Made by a program: the position numbers and the translations under genes. Source: Octopus sinensis (lineage: Eukaryota). Taken from it: a stretch of 64,000 nt of DNA. A model generated the notes under the pieces. The model was not told where the DNA came from. It saw only the letters and a list, made by a program, of their open reading frames with translations, and did not search any database. Position 1 is the stretch's first letter. Every line of letters starts with the position of its first letter. The stretch covers positions 65,534,001-65,598,000 of the forward strand of contig NC_043009.1 of the NCBI RefSeq assembly GCF_006345805.1. The letters run 5' to 3'. Shown in pieces: positions 13,047 to 25,706 of this stretch.

Positions 13047-13550
13047 GTGGAAGCGCAATGGCCAAGTGTTTAGGACAACGGACTCGCAGTCGTAAAAACG
13101 CAGTTTCGATTCTCAGACCGGGCATTGTGAGTGTTTATTAAGCAAAACACCTAAGCAAAACACCAGACTTCGGTGGCGGGTAGGTGGACCCCGCTGTACT
13201 CTTTCAGCACAACTTTCTCTCACTCTTTCCTCCTACTTCTGCCACAAAGCAGAAGAACCATGGTGTAACCCATTATGGTGTGGTAAACTGTCAGACCCTA
13301 GTCTAGATTGCGAATCCTCCGTACCCCAAGATGGTTCAGCTCTCCACCCGTTAAAAGTCATCGTTTACAGAATGAGGATAACAACGTAGCTTTCGCGCCC
13401 GTGCAACGGCCAGTCTACCGCCTGTGGTGGGTGAATCTTCAAGATGCTCACACGCATTCTTAGTAGCTTAGAGTAGGCTCGAAGTAGAGATTATTCTTTG
13501 TGGCTAATGGCGTGAGTCCTGACTGGAAGAAAAAGAACAACAACAACAGC
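13047..13550 (+). mobile_element. SINE with family-D tRNA head and a unique 3' module (D2), (AAC)n tail
   Basis: First ~190 nt match the heads at 16555, 46906 (minus) and 51574; the rest is unrelated to their tails; ends in aacaacaac. Confidence 0.75.
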
Positions 13551-14176
13551 AATAACAACAAAAACTGTCCTCCACGCACCTGTTAGTCTGTAGATGTTCA
13601 CGTTAGAAAACAACTGTGTCTCAAAAGGCAAATGCTAAACGTTTTCAATAGCAATCTCAAAATTCTATCAATTCTAAACCTACGGCTGCAGCTGATGTCG
13701 ATATGCATTTGGTCTGCAGCTGCCGTTTTGGTGCCTTAACAACTAAGCATACGGCATTTAACAAGTTCTCTTCCTCGGGTCACATGTATAGATACGCATA
13801 TACATACTCGCACAAACGCACGCATTAAATTACTGGTGTAATTATTAATGTGTCGCTCCAATGCGTTAACGTACGCTAAAACTTGGATAAAATTTCTTTT
13901 TTAGTCAATACTGCGTGTCACGAGGATTGTAAACATCTCGTCAGTATAGTAATAAGGTGGTGAGGAAAGAGGGGAGCATTTATTTGCACGTTGCGATTCG
14001 TGTTAGAGTTGCTTCCAACAATCAACCAATTCACTGCTTCTAAGCCATCTCATAATATTAGAGGTTGCAGAAAACTGAATAGATAAGTTTACATATATAG
14101 CAATTTTCTCATTCACAAACACACACTGTCTCTTTCCTTTTCTCTTACGCGTACGCACACACGTCACACACACACA

Positions 14177-14257
<81 letters not shown>

Positions 14258-14369
14258 TACAATTCTCTTCCACACATTTTCCGGCTTACAAATTCACTGA
14301 GAAAGCCTTATTCGTACGGGACAATAGTTGAAAGCAACACTGGCTCAATGTATTATGTTGTGGAACTAC

Positions 14370-14547
14370 CTATTTCTTTACTACACACAAGGGGCTAAAC
14401 ACAGAAGAGACAAACAAGGACAGACAGGCGGATTAAGTCGATTATATCGACCCCAGTGCGTTACTGGTACTTAATTTATCGACCCTGAAAGGATGAAAGG
14501 CAAAGTCGACCTCTACGGTGTGCTAACGATTCTGCCAGCTCACCGAC
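14370..14547 (-). mobile_element. SINE family A (tail variant A2a) with 15-bp TSD, inserted into a family-B head
   Basis: ATGTTGTGGAACTAC at 14355-14369 and 14552-14566; the flanks rejoin into a minus-strand family-B head (~14275-14605). Confidence 0.85.
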
Positions 14548-14604
14548 TTTAATGTTGTGGAACTACTCTTGCAGCCATGTGGTTGCAAATAGAACTTCTT
14601 GCCG

Positions 14605-14777
14605 TGTGGGGAAAATTCATTGGGTGGGAGATGACGCCAGCCTCCCTGCGCATGCGTGAAAATTTTACGCACTTGTAAGCCGCGCCAGTTCCCGGCCTTT
14701 TCCTGGCCTTTAGGCCTAGAGCATTATTTTTGGCAGGGAAAAAATAAAGAGAGGATACCTTTTGAACGCACCTCACA
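14605..14777 (-). mobile_element. Mariner-like terminal fragment
   Basis: Minus strand begins TATGTGAGGTGCGTTCAAAAGGTATCC, resembling mariner TIRs of the TACGAGGTGCGTTCAAAAAG type. Confidence 0.5.
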
Positions 14778-15013
14778 TATTTGGCAGAGAGGATGTGTAT
14801 AGAAAGAGAAAATAAAGAGAGATAAATCATTTATAGCGTAAAAGATTAATTTTAGCCAGTTAACTGTTTCAGAAACATAAAAACAAACACACTCTTGGTA
14901 GTTTATTGAATAGAGAGTGAGAGAGAGAAAGAGATGGAGAGAGAGAAAGAGAGAGGGAGGGATAGATAGAGGGAGATGGAGAAAGCGAGGGGGAGATAGA
15001 GAGAGAGAGGGAG

Positions 15014-15056
<43 letters not shown>

Positions 15057-15531
15057 GATAGGAATATTTCTGTATAAGTGTAGAGTGCAGTTGAATCTCT
15101 GTGGTCGTTAAACACATAAACAAGTAGCAAAGCGTGAACTGGTGTTTAGAGCTGAGTCATCTCCGAGGGATGAGAAAGAGGTGGGGTGGGTTTTTGGGAA
15201 ATGAGATGGAAAATAAATGAGTATCGAAAAAATGTGATGTGCTAATTAATCAAGGACGAAGTAAATATGCAAACGGACATAACACTGTAAAGTCTCCGAA
15301 GCGACAAGTGACACGTGAATGAAAAAAACGGATCAGTACTTAGGATGATTATTACGTTTGCTTACTTTGCAGCAAGGCTTCGGCTATTATGGATGTCCAG
15401 TCCAGAAAGCACGGACTTCAACCTGTTGCGCCGATGCCATTGCTGTAGATATTTCTTCTCTTCTTCGGAGAAAACTACTTAATTTTTATTCATATATCTC
15501 ATTATTGAGACTCGCAGTATATCAAAGAACA

Positions 15532-15745
15532 CGGAGGAGCAGGGATGAGTGGTTAGAATGTTAGGCTCCTAACCTTAAAATCGTGGTTTCGATTCCTGGA
15601 CCGGACGATGCGTTGTGTTCTTATGCAAAACACAATATTTCGCGTTGGCCCAGTCCACTCAGCTGGTAAAAATGAGTAATTGTGAGACAGACCGGCGTCT
15701 CATCCAGGGAGGAATATTTATACGCCAGAGAAACCAGGAAACTGT
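15532..15745 (+). mobile_element. Diverged CORE-type SINE, family F (C-like head, different tail)
   Basis: ggtttcgattcctggaccgg-cga-gcgttgtgttctt...cagctgg-aaaaatgagtaa is shared with 52281-52530. Confidence 0.7.
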
Positions 15746-16100
15746 TTCTATGCTCCCTAAGGAGTAACGGGGACTAAAACCCTTGTCCCACCCCCATATA
15801 CTCAAGATTGGGGCAACTAATAGAGTCATTTGATCGTCGGAACGAATGGGTTCTGCCATTCGTTCTGGTTCTTTACTTCCTGAGTTCAAGTCACAGCGGA
15901 AAAATCTCAAGCACTACTCATATCAACAAAAACACCTCTGGTCTCTCTCTAAACATGTTAGACTCTCGCTTACTGCCCTCACAACTGCTCCAAATGTAGG
16001 GTCTGTTTGTCACCAAGGATTTTGCCAAGCGAAAGCACATCTTTGGCACACCTTACGACCACAGAGAATCAAACGACGTTCAGTTGCTGCCATTCTAACT

Positions 16101-16162
<62 letters not shown>

Positions 16163-16177
16163 CTTATTTCATAAGAA

Positions 16178-16408
16178 GGCTGCGAGCTGGCAGAAACGTT
16201 AGCACGCCGGGCGAAATGCTTAGCAGTATTTCGGCTGTCTTTACGTTCTGAGTTCAAATTCCGCCGAGGTCGACTTTGCCTTTCATCCTTTCGGGGTCGA
16301 TTAAATAAGTACCAGTTACGCACTGGGGTCGATAAAATCGACTTAATCCCTCTGCCTGTCCTTGTTTGTCCACTCTATGTTTAGTCTCTTGTGGGCAATA
16401 TAGAAATA
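16178..16408 (+). mobile_element. Full-length SINE family A (tail A2b) with 17-bp TSD
   Basis: A box TGGCAGAAACGTTAGC; B box GAGTTCAAATTCC; AGATACTTATTTCATAA at 16158-16174 and 16409-16425; preceded by (GATA)n at 16099-16160. Confidence 0.92.
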
Positions 16409-16554
16409 AGATACTTATTTCATAATTTCATCTGAGGGTTTCTAAATTTAATTTTAACCTATATTTTCAAGTATTCTTGACAGTTTTCTTTCATTAGCTC
16501 ATTAATTTCAATTGATTAAATTTACATCTTACCATGATCGTTAAGTATCACATT

Positions 16555-17057
16555 GTGGCGGTGCAATGGCCCAGTGGTTAGGTCAGCGGACTCGCGGTCG
16601 TAGGATCGCGGTTTCGATTCCCAGACCGGGCATTGTGAGTGTTCATTGAGCGAAAACACCTAAAGCTCCACGACGCTCCGGCAGTGGATGGTGGTGAACC
16701 CTGCTGTACTCTTTCACCACAACTTTCTCTCATTCTTTCTTCTTGTTTCTGTTGTATCTGCATTTCACAGGGCCAGTCTTGTCACACTCTGTGTCATGCT
16801 GAATCTCCCTAAGAACTACGTTAAGGGTACACGTGTCTGTGGAGTGCTCAGCCACCTGCACGTTAATAAATGAGTTGCGACGTCACTGGTTCCAAACTGT
16901 ATCGGCCCTTGCCTTTCCCTTGGATAACACTGGTGGCGTGGAGAGGGGAGGCTGGTGTGCGTGGGCGACACCATAAACCACCTTGCCCAGACTTGTGCCT
17001 CGCAGGGTAACTTTCTAGGTGCAATCCTATGGTCAGTCATGACCGAAGGGGTCCCCT
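16555..17057 (+). mobile_element. Chimeric SINE: family-D head and body fused to the family-C 3' half
   Basis: 16555-16867 matches D1 (46528-46906, minus); 16868-17057 matches 8678-8876 of family C. Confidence 0.85.
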
Positions 17058-17076
17058 CACCCCCATATATATGTTT

Positions 17077-17122
<46 letters not shown>

Positions 17123-18134
17123 GCACACAAATGTATACAGACGCATACATCCACACGTCAAAGTCAGTAGCCCCTATCCACACACACACATTCTCACATA
17201 CATACACACGTACAGACACCTTCGTTTTGGGATCACTAATACTTTATTATCTTCCCTTCTTTCTACCTCTCCTGCGAAACCTATTTTAAGCATCCCATTA
17301 GCTATAAAATTAGTTTTGGTGTTATTTTTTTGCTACTATTGATCCGAGAGAACTCGTCACTCGAGCCAGTGTTTGTGTATGCGGTAATGGTACAAATAAA
17401 ACTTAGATTTCTTAGTTTTATTTACATAGTCACTCAGTTTTCAAAATCGAAATTCAATATAAATATTGGACCTCTAGATCGTACATTATCCGACAGATAT
17501 AACAGATCGAGTATTCTCCCTGCATCAAATTGTCTTATAATCAGGCATAGTATATCAAGCTATCGTTCTTTCTATTTTTTACTATCTTCTGTTATGATTT
17601 GCTGTAGATTTAATAGTAAGTGTTGCAAGGTGCATGACCTGGAAGATGATGCTTAATTGCTTCATAAAGACAAACCCATTGCGTTCTAGTACTTCGATTA
17701 TTGGTGTTCTGACTATATTTGTTTTATGCATTTCTCTTCGTTTACCAAGATATCATTACCTGTCACCATTCCATCATTCAACACCCCACCTAGCATTTTC
17801 CTTTATAACGAGAATAAATGAAAGGATAAGAGCCAGACAACTGCTGGCCTTGATTCGATCAACTGTATTTCCAAAACGCCTAATCTGTGATGTAAGGTTT
17901 GCGCATGGAGCTGCCTCCTGTCATTTCCCCATAACATAAAGGCTGTGTTCAGTCGCCCTACGTTAGACTGCAGCATAAAGTTAGCAGTTTAAAAGTACAG
18001 TTTTGGCTACATTGGCGATGATTAAACGTTGGTTTCTGGAAGGACGAAAACAGCTTCAGAAGCAACAACAACAACAACAACAACAACAACAGAGTATATT
18101 GCTACTTCGATGATGTAAAGAAGGCTATATATAT

Positions 18135-18260
18135 ATATTTCTTTATTGCCCACAAGGGGCTAAACACAGAGGGGACAAACAAGGACAGACAAAGTGATTA
18201 AGTCGATTACATCGACCCCAGTGCGTAACTGGTACTTATTTAATCGTAACTGGTACTTAT
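18135..18260 (-). mobile_element. SINE family A, 3' part (tail A2b), within TA microsatellite
   Basis: tatttctttattgcccacaaggggctaaacacagag...gtgcgtaactggtactta. Confidence 0.85.
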
Positions 18261-18317
18261 ATATATATATATATATATATAATAAAGGGTGTATATATAT
18301 ATATATAAATAATAAAG

Positions 18318-18351
<34 letters not shown>

Positions 18352-18419
18352 AGAGGGGGCCAGTCGATTAAATAATAAAGGGTAAAATCAATTAATAATA
18401 ATAATTGTTGTTTAAGTTT

Positions 18420-18468
<49 letters not shown>

Positions 18469-18510
18469 GGCGGTATCCCAGCATGGCCACAGCTCATGAG
18501 CTGAAGCTAG
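18469..18510 (+). mobile_element. Isolated CR1/family-B type 3' terminus
   Basis: ggcggtatcccagcatggccacagctcatgagctgaag followed by gaaat repeats. Confidence 0.65.
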
Positions 18511-19275
18511 ATGAAGTGAAATAAAAATGAAATATATAAAATTTATGATTTGCAGTAGATAGTGTGCGTAAGTATGTATATAAGTACGTACGAGTGTATA
18601 TGTATATACACATACGCACATACACATACACACACACAATCACACACACATACACTCACACACACACACACATATATAAACATGATCTTTATTGAAGTGA
18701 CAAGTCAAATACTGGGCGTTTCCCTTTGCAGAAAACATTTTGCTTCCATCCGTGTGAATGTGTCACTCATATATACTGTAGTAGTAAATCCTTTGATAAA
18801 TAAAGAAAGTTTCAAAATACAAAAGCTTCTGTTGTCATTGATTTGTTCATTGTATATGTTTATTGGAGCATTTCCTCTATCTAGCAGCTATTAGTGGCAA
18901 TGATTAGCCTTAAGGGCAACGGGCCGTGGGCTTGGTTCAGAAACAATTGCTTTGTTAAATGGCCAACAAGACTACTTGTGCATCCTGTCGTGTATTTAGC
19001 GGTAAGGCCTAAATATGGTTCTCGCGCATACACTGAACGTCAGATACTGCAGGTCCCGTAAGAATGCATTCGTAGGCTGCGCTATTTGCTGCGGTAAATG
19101 AACTTGCACGTGGACTATTTGTAGTGATCATTGTCATTCTTATTTGAATTAATATATACTGTTCTGTAGCAATCGCTTCCTTTCTTTCTCCTGCTATTGT
19201 CGGATACCCACATACGTCACAGGCGCTAGACTTACTGCTTTTACTAAATCATACTAAAATATTACCGGAATGTAA

Positions 19276-19490
19276 GGTGGTGAGCTGCCAGAAACGTTAG
19301 CACGTCGGGCAAAATGCTTAGCGGCATTTCGTCTGTCTTTACGTTCTGAGCTCAAATTCCGCCGAGGTCGACTTTCCCCTTCATCCTTTCGGGATCAATA
19401 AATTAAATACCAGTTGCGTACTGGGGTCGATCTAATTGACTGGTCTCCTCCACCAAAATTCCGATCCTTGTACCTAGAATAAAAAAGAAT
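19276..19490 (+). mobile_element. SINE family A (tail A1), full length
   Basis: A and B boxes, family-A body, tail ...ccttgtacctagaataaaaaagaa. Confidence 0.88.
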
Positions 19491-19499
19491 CTTTAGCAC

Positions 19500-19838
19500 G
19501 CCAGTATTTTAGGGCGACATTCCAACTGTTGTCTATTAACCTCCTTCAACTGGGAGCAATCTATCGCTCAAACGGTTCCCTCTTAGGAAACGCTGAAATT
19601 GTTCAACTCGTTCTCTTCCTACACGTTTATCTGTGTGCTTCATTCTACGGCTTCATTCGCAAGTGTATGGTTCTAATCTGCGCTGGGCTGAGGAGAAAGG
19701 TGTTGAAATCAGAAGAGCGTTGCGCGAACGCCGTAGCCGAGGTAGGGCTCCAAAAATTTTCTCAAGTGTAAGGCCTCATCTTTCCGCAGTTGAATGGTAA
19801 TTTATCAAGACCCGTGCAACGCCGGGTACTACTGCTAG
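19500..19838 (+). mobile_element. Helitron-type 3' terminus (5' boundary uncertain)
   Basis: GC hairpin CCCGTGCAACGCCGGG followed by tactactgCTAG|T at 19835-19839; same terminus as 41584 (minus) and 62721 (plus). Confidence 0.65.
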
Positions 19839-21830
19839 TATTACTATATTACACACACACGCGCGCGCATCATGCATTGTTTATATAGCATATTTCGTTT
19901 ATGTACATATTAATAAAGGATTTTGACAAAACCTCAATTTCAAGGGTAAGAATGAATATCACATTAAAAACAATCAGAATGTGAAAGAAGGGAGAATGAG
20001 GAACGGCTAGAGAGAGAGGGTGCAGAATGTAGTGAGAAAGAGAGAGTGAGTTAGAAAGAAAAACATACATAAACACATCTAGACATCACACTACACACAC
20101 ACACACACAAACACATTGTTCGTGTGTTGATATGTATTAGCAAAAATAAAAGCAGTTATCATTTGAGTGTTGAAAATGTTTTATATGTGATCTTTTATTT
20201 GCAGTTGAAAATGTGGCCGAAGTCACCTGAGCCAAACCAAATTATAAGACCCGATTAGTACACTATAAGCGTAGGGGACTTTCATAAAAATAAAAAAAGT
20301 CTATATTCATGTGCCTTCAGTCAAATATGCTGACCTAGGATATAATACGGGACTGTGCTGGAGAGATTGTCAGATGTGAATGGGTCAAAGGACGAATATT
20401 GTTTACTTAAAATGGTTTCCTTGGCGGTAGCCATCTTTATATGAATTTGGAAAGTGCTGGGAAAATGTCTTTTGCTTGAACTGAGCTCGCTAGACACCTT
20501 TCTCCTAACATGAAACTTAAAGTTTCAGGTTAAGAGGAAGGTGGCACTTTATATATTACACACACACACATATGTGACTATGTGTGTGTATGTGTAATAT
20601 ATGGCAAAAAGCAGAAGAGAAAACCTGAAACAGGGGAAGGAGAAAAGAAAGAGAAGAAAGAAACAAAGAAGCCCAAAATATGGAAGATTAACGTTAATTA
20701 TCAACACTTAAGCAAATTATGAATGTTCGTCATCTCTTCTGACTTGTCTCCCCTCTCGAAACATGGTTCCTTCCTCTCTGCCGTCCTTAGCACGTTATTT
20801 TAACGCTTTATAGCACACTTGAAGTAGCCAGTTCTGTTTTAATTAGCAATAAATTGCAAAGATAAAAAAAACACCAAAGAGTGAAGACAGCAAAGCGAAA
20901 ATTAACAAACAGAAAACAGTGTTAAGTTTCAATTTTAATCAGAGAAGAGAATGTAAAGAATGAATTATACAAAACAAATACAATTGAAGAGAAAACAACG
21001 CAATGAAATAGCAGTTGTTGGTTTTTCCTGATTAAACAACATATTTCAAATGATTCTCTCCTTGTCATTATTGCAGCTTACAGTGGCAACCGAGTTGGGT
21101 GATTTTAAACAAATCCTTTTTCCTTGTTGTTTGGTGTTTAATTTTCATTCTATCATATTATACGCCATTGTACTGTTCCCTTTCCTTGATTTTTTTTGTA
21201 CTACCTTACTCTGCTAATGGTAGAGGTTGATGATGATGGGGAAGAGGGGGAGGAGAAAAAAGAAGGAGGAAGAGGTGGGTTAGTGAGTTGTTGGATCCTC
21301 GTCATCATAATCACCGTCAGTGAAAGCTTTACGAGCCAAACTGAGCAGCCTGAACAGATTTTCAAAACGAGAGCAGCAAAGTGGAAAGCTCACTTTCGAT
21401 TCATGCGATGCGGCAGAGTAAGCAGCGATTTTCATCTGGTGAAGTCCCTCTTGTCGATAATTTATAGTGATGCTTATTTACATTATTTACATTATTTACA
21501 TATAGCACGGTGTTATTGTGATACTGTTTTTTTTTTAAATTTTTTCTTGACTTCAACCAGTTTTATTCGATGTGAATCCTAAATTCCTGTCGTATTTCGA
21601 GCTTGTGTTTATTGGTCGATGTACTGAACCGTTGTGACTGATGAAAGAAATTAGGATTTTAGTCGACGGAGGAAAGGACAAAGTGAGAGGGATGAGGAAG
21701 GAGAAAGAAAGTAAGAAAGTGGTATTGGTGCTGTAAAAGTAAGGTTGAGAGTGGCACACTAAGTATCATTGCTACTGAATCTAACATATTTGAGTTGTCT
21801 CATCATAAAACGGATGTTAGCCACAGCAGC

Positions 21831-22030
21831 AGCCGTTCAGGAATTTGGACCTGGAGATCTCCATTTCCAGCGACTTCGAGGGCCACCTCCCAGTGGTGTC
21901 GGGCGTCAACGAAGAGCCTTCGACTACAACAAGACGACCAAAATTGTTTTTTTTTTCCCAAGGTCTGGGGTCTCCCGCCCCTAAGCCCTAGACCATCACC
22001 TAATCACCCTTACCCGTCTTGTTGCTTAAC
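21831..22030 (+). mobile_element. ~200-bp dispersed element G with (AAC)n tail, copy 1
   Basis: Closely matches 57720-57908 from the same first base; no clear A/B boxes. Confidence 0.8.
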
Positions 22031-23790
22031 TACAACAACAACAAGAGCAGCTTCAGTAGTAGAAGCATCGGCAAGAGAAGCAACACTAGCAGCAGCAGCA
22101 GCAGCAACAACATCGGCAACAGCAATAGTAATAAGAACAATAACAGATCCCAAAACCGTAACAACAACAATAGCAACAATGGCAACGATATTTGCACACA
22201 ACGAACTATTCTTTGTCGAAGACAGAAAGTCACCGGAAGAACCGAAAGGATAGAATTTTCCAGTGAAAGCAAAGCTTTGTCAAACTAGAAGTGAGAAAGA
22301 AAAATAAGCTCTGAAATGCAAGCCATTGGGTACAAATGCAACTTTCGAAAAGATAGCCTTCACCTTTAGAACATATGTCCTTCGTTACCGCACACATAAA
22401 GGAAACCAATAGGAGACGTTACCGGTATCTGTATCGGAGAACAGAAATTTCGAAGAATGGTAACACCTTGAAGAGTTGCACCATGATTCTTTTATGGGTA
22501 GAAGATTAACTTGAGTTCGAGTCACAACTTGTTGTCTCATAGAGATAAGGAAAAGATCACAGACGTCCTAGAAGAACATGGGAAGAGCCGCAACTCTGAA
22601 GAAATTCTAGATGCTAGTTGCCCCGGAGGAAGTCATTGGCATTCTTGATCTTTTTTTTCGCGAAATGTGAGCAGGGGATAATAGAGGGCAGAAAATTCAA
22701 ATGCTTTATATGTGGAAATTCGGACGCAATTTTATAACCCACGGTAAAGAAAAACCGATGCACTTCACTATTATGAGAAACACCATGAAAATTAATAGAA
22801 GCTTTTCTTCTAACGTAAGTTAAGCCAAACAATCACACACACACACACACACACACAACACACACACACACATCTCTTTCCTCTGGCAGAAGCTTCGTGG
22901 CATCAAAGACCCTGTCAAATGAAGAGGGTACATTCAAAGCCAAACAAATAAAGGTCAACTCAAATTGAAGGGGACTTTGTTATTTTAACTCCTGTCCATT
23001 GTCCGGAAATCTTTCGTCCCACATCTGTGACCCCTTCAGCGACACCTTTCGTTTCTGTGTCTGTTCTTGCTCCACTTACTCCATTCTCTTCTTCTAAGAT
23101 ATGTATCCTTATGTGCGCATGCGTTTGTGTCCTTGCTTGTGTGTGTGTATGTGTGTGTGTGCATGAGTACATGTGTGTGTGCGTGTGCATGCATGTGTAT
23201 GTGTCATAGTTTTGGCAGCAGTGTGGCCTTCCCCTCAGCCCCATCCTCTCAGGTTTATATGTTGTGGTGTCTGTGTGTCTTTATTCTGCAATCTCTTGAG
23301 GAATCGGGGAGATAGTTATGTATTGGTTGTTTGTTTGTTTGGCTGAATATACCGTAACAAGTTAGTTTTGTTGTGATTACCCACACAAATAGATGCCGTA
23401 TTTGGTCCCTTCGGCACATACACCGGCAGGGTATCATAAATTTAACGACATGCCAATGATCAAATGTCGTCCGAAATATCATTTACTGAAGTCCTTGTAC
23501 GGCACTGTCCAATACATGGGGTTCAAGTCACTCAGAATATGTGCAAGATATGGACTTATCTTACTTTCTCCAAGAAATCAGGATCTATTTCTTGAGAAAG
23601 AAATGTGTTCAACAGCGGGATTGAATCTTCAGCTTTTCTTCTTTTGTTTCCTTTTTTGGTCACCGGTTTAAAAAAACGTGTTTGTTTATTAATCATTGTA
23701 GACACTCTCCGTGTTTAAAAGTTGCAAAAGGAATCTTGACAAACTATGGTTGTAGAATTAATCTTTTATCCGGTGTAACACCATACTCAC

Positions 23791-23902
23791 CACCTGCACC
23801 CTCGGCACCCTTTAGCCGAGTGCACTCTGTTGCAAGCATTCGGGTGAAGTCACCTTTTCCAGGATACGTTCCTCCCTTTCTCCCAACAATCTTGAAAGCC
23901 CT
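23791..23902 (-). CDS. Candidate isolated 112-nt internal exon (RAFKIVGRKGGTYPGKGDFTRMLATECTRLKGAEGAG), product unknown
   Basis: Acceptor ctttttag| at 23903-23904; donor |GTGAGT at 23790-23785; one open frame of three; GC higher than the flanks. No homology recognised. Confidence 0.2.
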
Positions 23903-24189
23903 CTAAAAAGTCAGGAGCACGGTCCCTCCTTCCTAACCAGAAAGGAACAAAAAGAAAAGACAAGCAAAAATAACTTTTTTCTTTATTTTGTTTTACCCCA
24001 AACGAGGAAGACTTAATGCACCCAATCAGATCCTTAACACTCCATTCACAAGTTTTGTACTTAAAGAAAGACAAAGAAAGAAAGCGCGAAAAGGATTTCC
24101 CACGCAGGTCCACCTTGTTATAATCCTCGATGGAGGAGAGCCAAACGAAACACGGGCGTCTGTAGCAAAACAGAGCAGAGAATGATAAC

Positions 24190-24301
24190 ATCACCGCCGC
24201 CGCCGGCACCACCACCACCACCGCCGGCACCACCACCACCGCCACCAGCAAGAACAAGAGTAGTAGTAGTGGTACCAGTGGTAGTAATAATATTAGTAGT
24301 A

Positions 24302-24340
<39 letters not shown>

Positions 24341-24356
24341 TAGTAGTAGTAGTAGT

Positions 24357-24389
<33 letters not shown>

Positions 24390-24420
24390 AAGAAGAAGAA
24401 AGAGGGAGGAGGAGGAAGAC
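24190..24420. repeat. Compound trinucleotide repeat (CAC/GCC, TAG, AAG)
   Basis: Direct reading. Confidence 0.95.
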
Positions 24421-24689
24421 GGGGAGGGAGTACACCACAAGTGAGGGGGCTTGTAAATGAAGTAAACAAAGTATTATACGGAAGTGGAAAAGAAAAAGGG
24501 AAAGACAGTAGAGGGGGGGGAGTGCGCAAGGCATTTGGGGATTATATCTCCGTAGGAAGCATAGACAAGAAGATTACTTATTGAAAGAAATAAGAAATCG
24601 GCTTAGCAAGATATGATGCGACGATACGACCGCAGATTTCCCATTCACCAACTTTATGTGCAACGACAATATTCATACACGAGTGTAAA

Positions 24690-24707
24690 TACTAAAATAT
24701 ATACATA

Positions 24708-24798
<91 letters not shown>

Positions 24799-24892
24799 TA
24801 CATATATATGTATGTATGAATGTATATACACACATACATATTACTTCGTCAATTACTTCGTTGATCACTTAAAGTGCATATGCATATAGTGT

Positions 24893-24923
<31 letters not shown>

Positions 24924-25129
24924 CATATGGTGTACAGATATATATATATATATATATGTATATATATGCATATGTGTATCTATCCACACACACATATATA
25001 TATACATATATATATATACATATACATATAGTGTAGAGATATTTATATATATATATGTATATTTATATATTTATATTTATATATATATAAATATATACAC
25101 GTACGCACACACAAATATATGTATGTAAT

Positions 25130-25167
<38 letters not shown>

Positions 25168-25440
25168 GTGTGTGTGTGTGTGTGTGTGCGTGTGTGTATC
25201 ATTTATATATATATGCAATACAAATATGTATGTTTATGCAAATATATTTATGTATTTCTGTCTCTCTTTTTGTGTGTGTGTATATAGTGTATATATATAT
25301 ATACGTACACAAGTACAGCTATACACAGATGGATAGATACATATATGCACACACACATTTGTATATATATGTGCGTGCGTGTGCATATATATATATATTT
25401 GTGTGTGTGTGTGTGTGTGTGTGAGTGTGTGTATGTGTGT
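24690..25440. repeat. Long degenerate TA/CA/TG microsatellite block
   Basis: Direct reading. Confidence 0.95.
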
Positions 25441-25706
25441 GCTTATCAGCTTAATCTACGCTTCTATGCTTTTGTACGGAATGTATGGTTACAAATGTGT
25501 CAGTGATACGTCCACCTGTATAAATACGCAAACCATTGGAGCTGAGGTGGTTAAGAGAGCGGTTGTACTTAACGTCTATTACGAAACATGGATTTGAGAA
25601 TGTCATGGCAGTGTTATGTCCTGTTAAAGTATGTACCATTACAGAGATGTTATTTAATACTTTTATCTCCGTATTATCTCTCCAGCACTACATGTCCTGT
25701 TTACCT

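Noticed and set aside
22690-22770. Zinc-finger-like fragments KFKCFICG and THGKEKP
   Set aside because: They are in different frames with wrong spacing and an in-frame stop; insufficient evidence.
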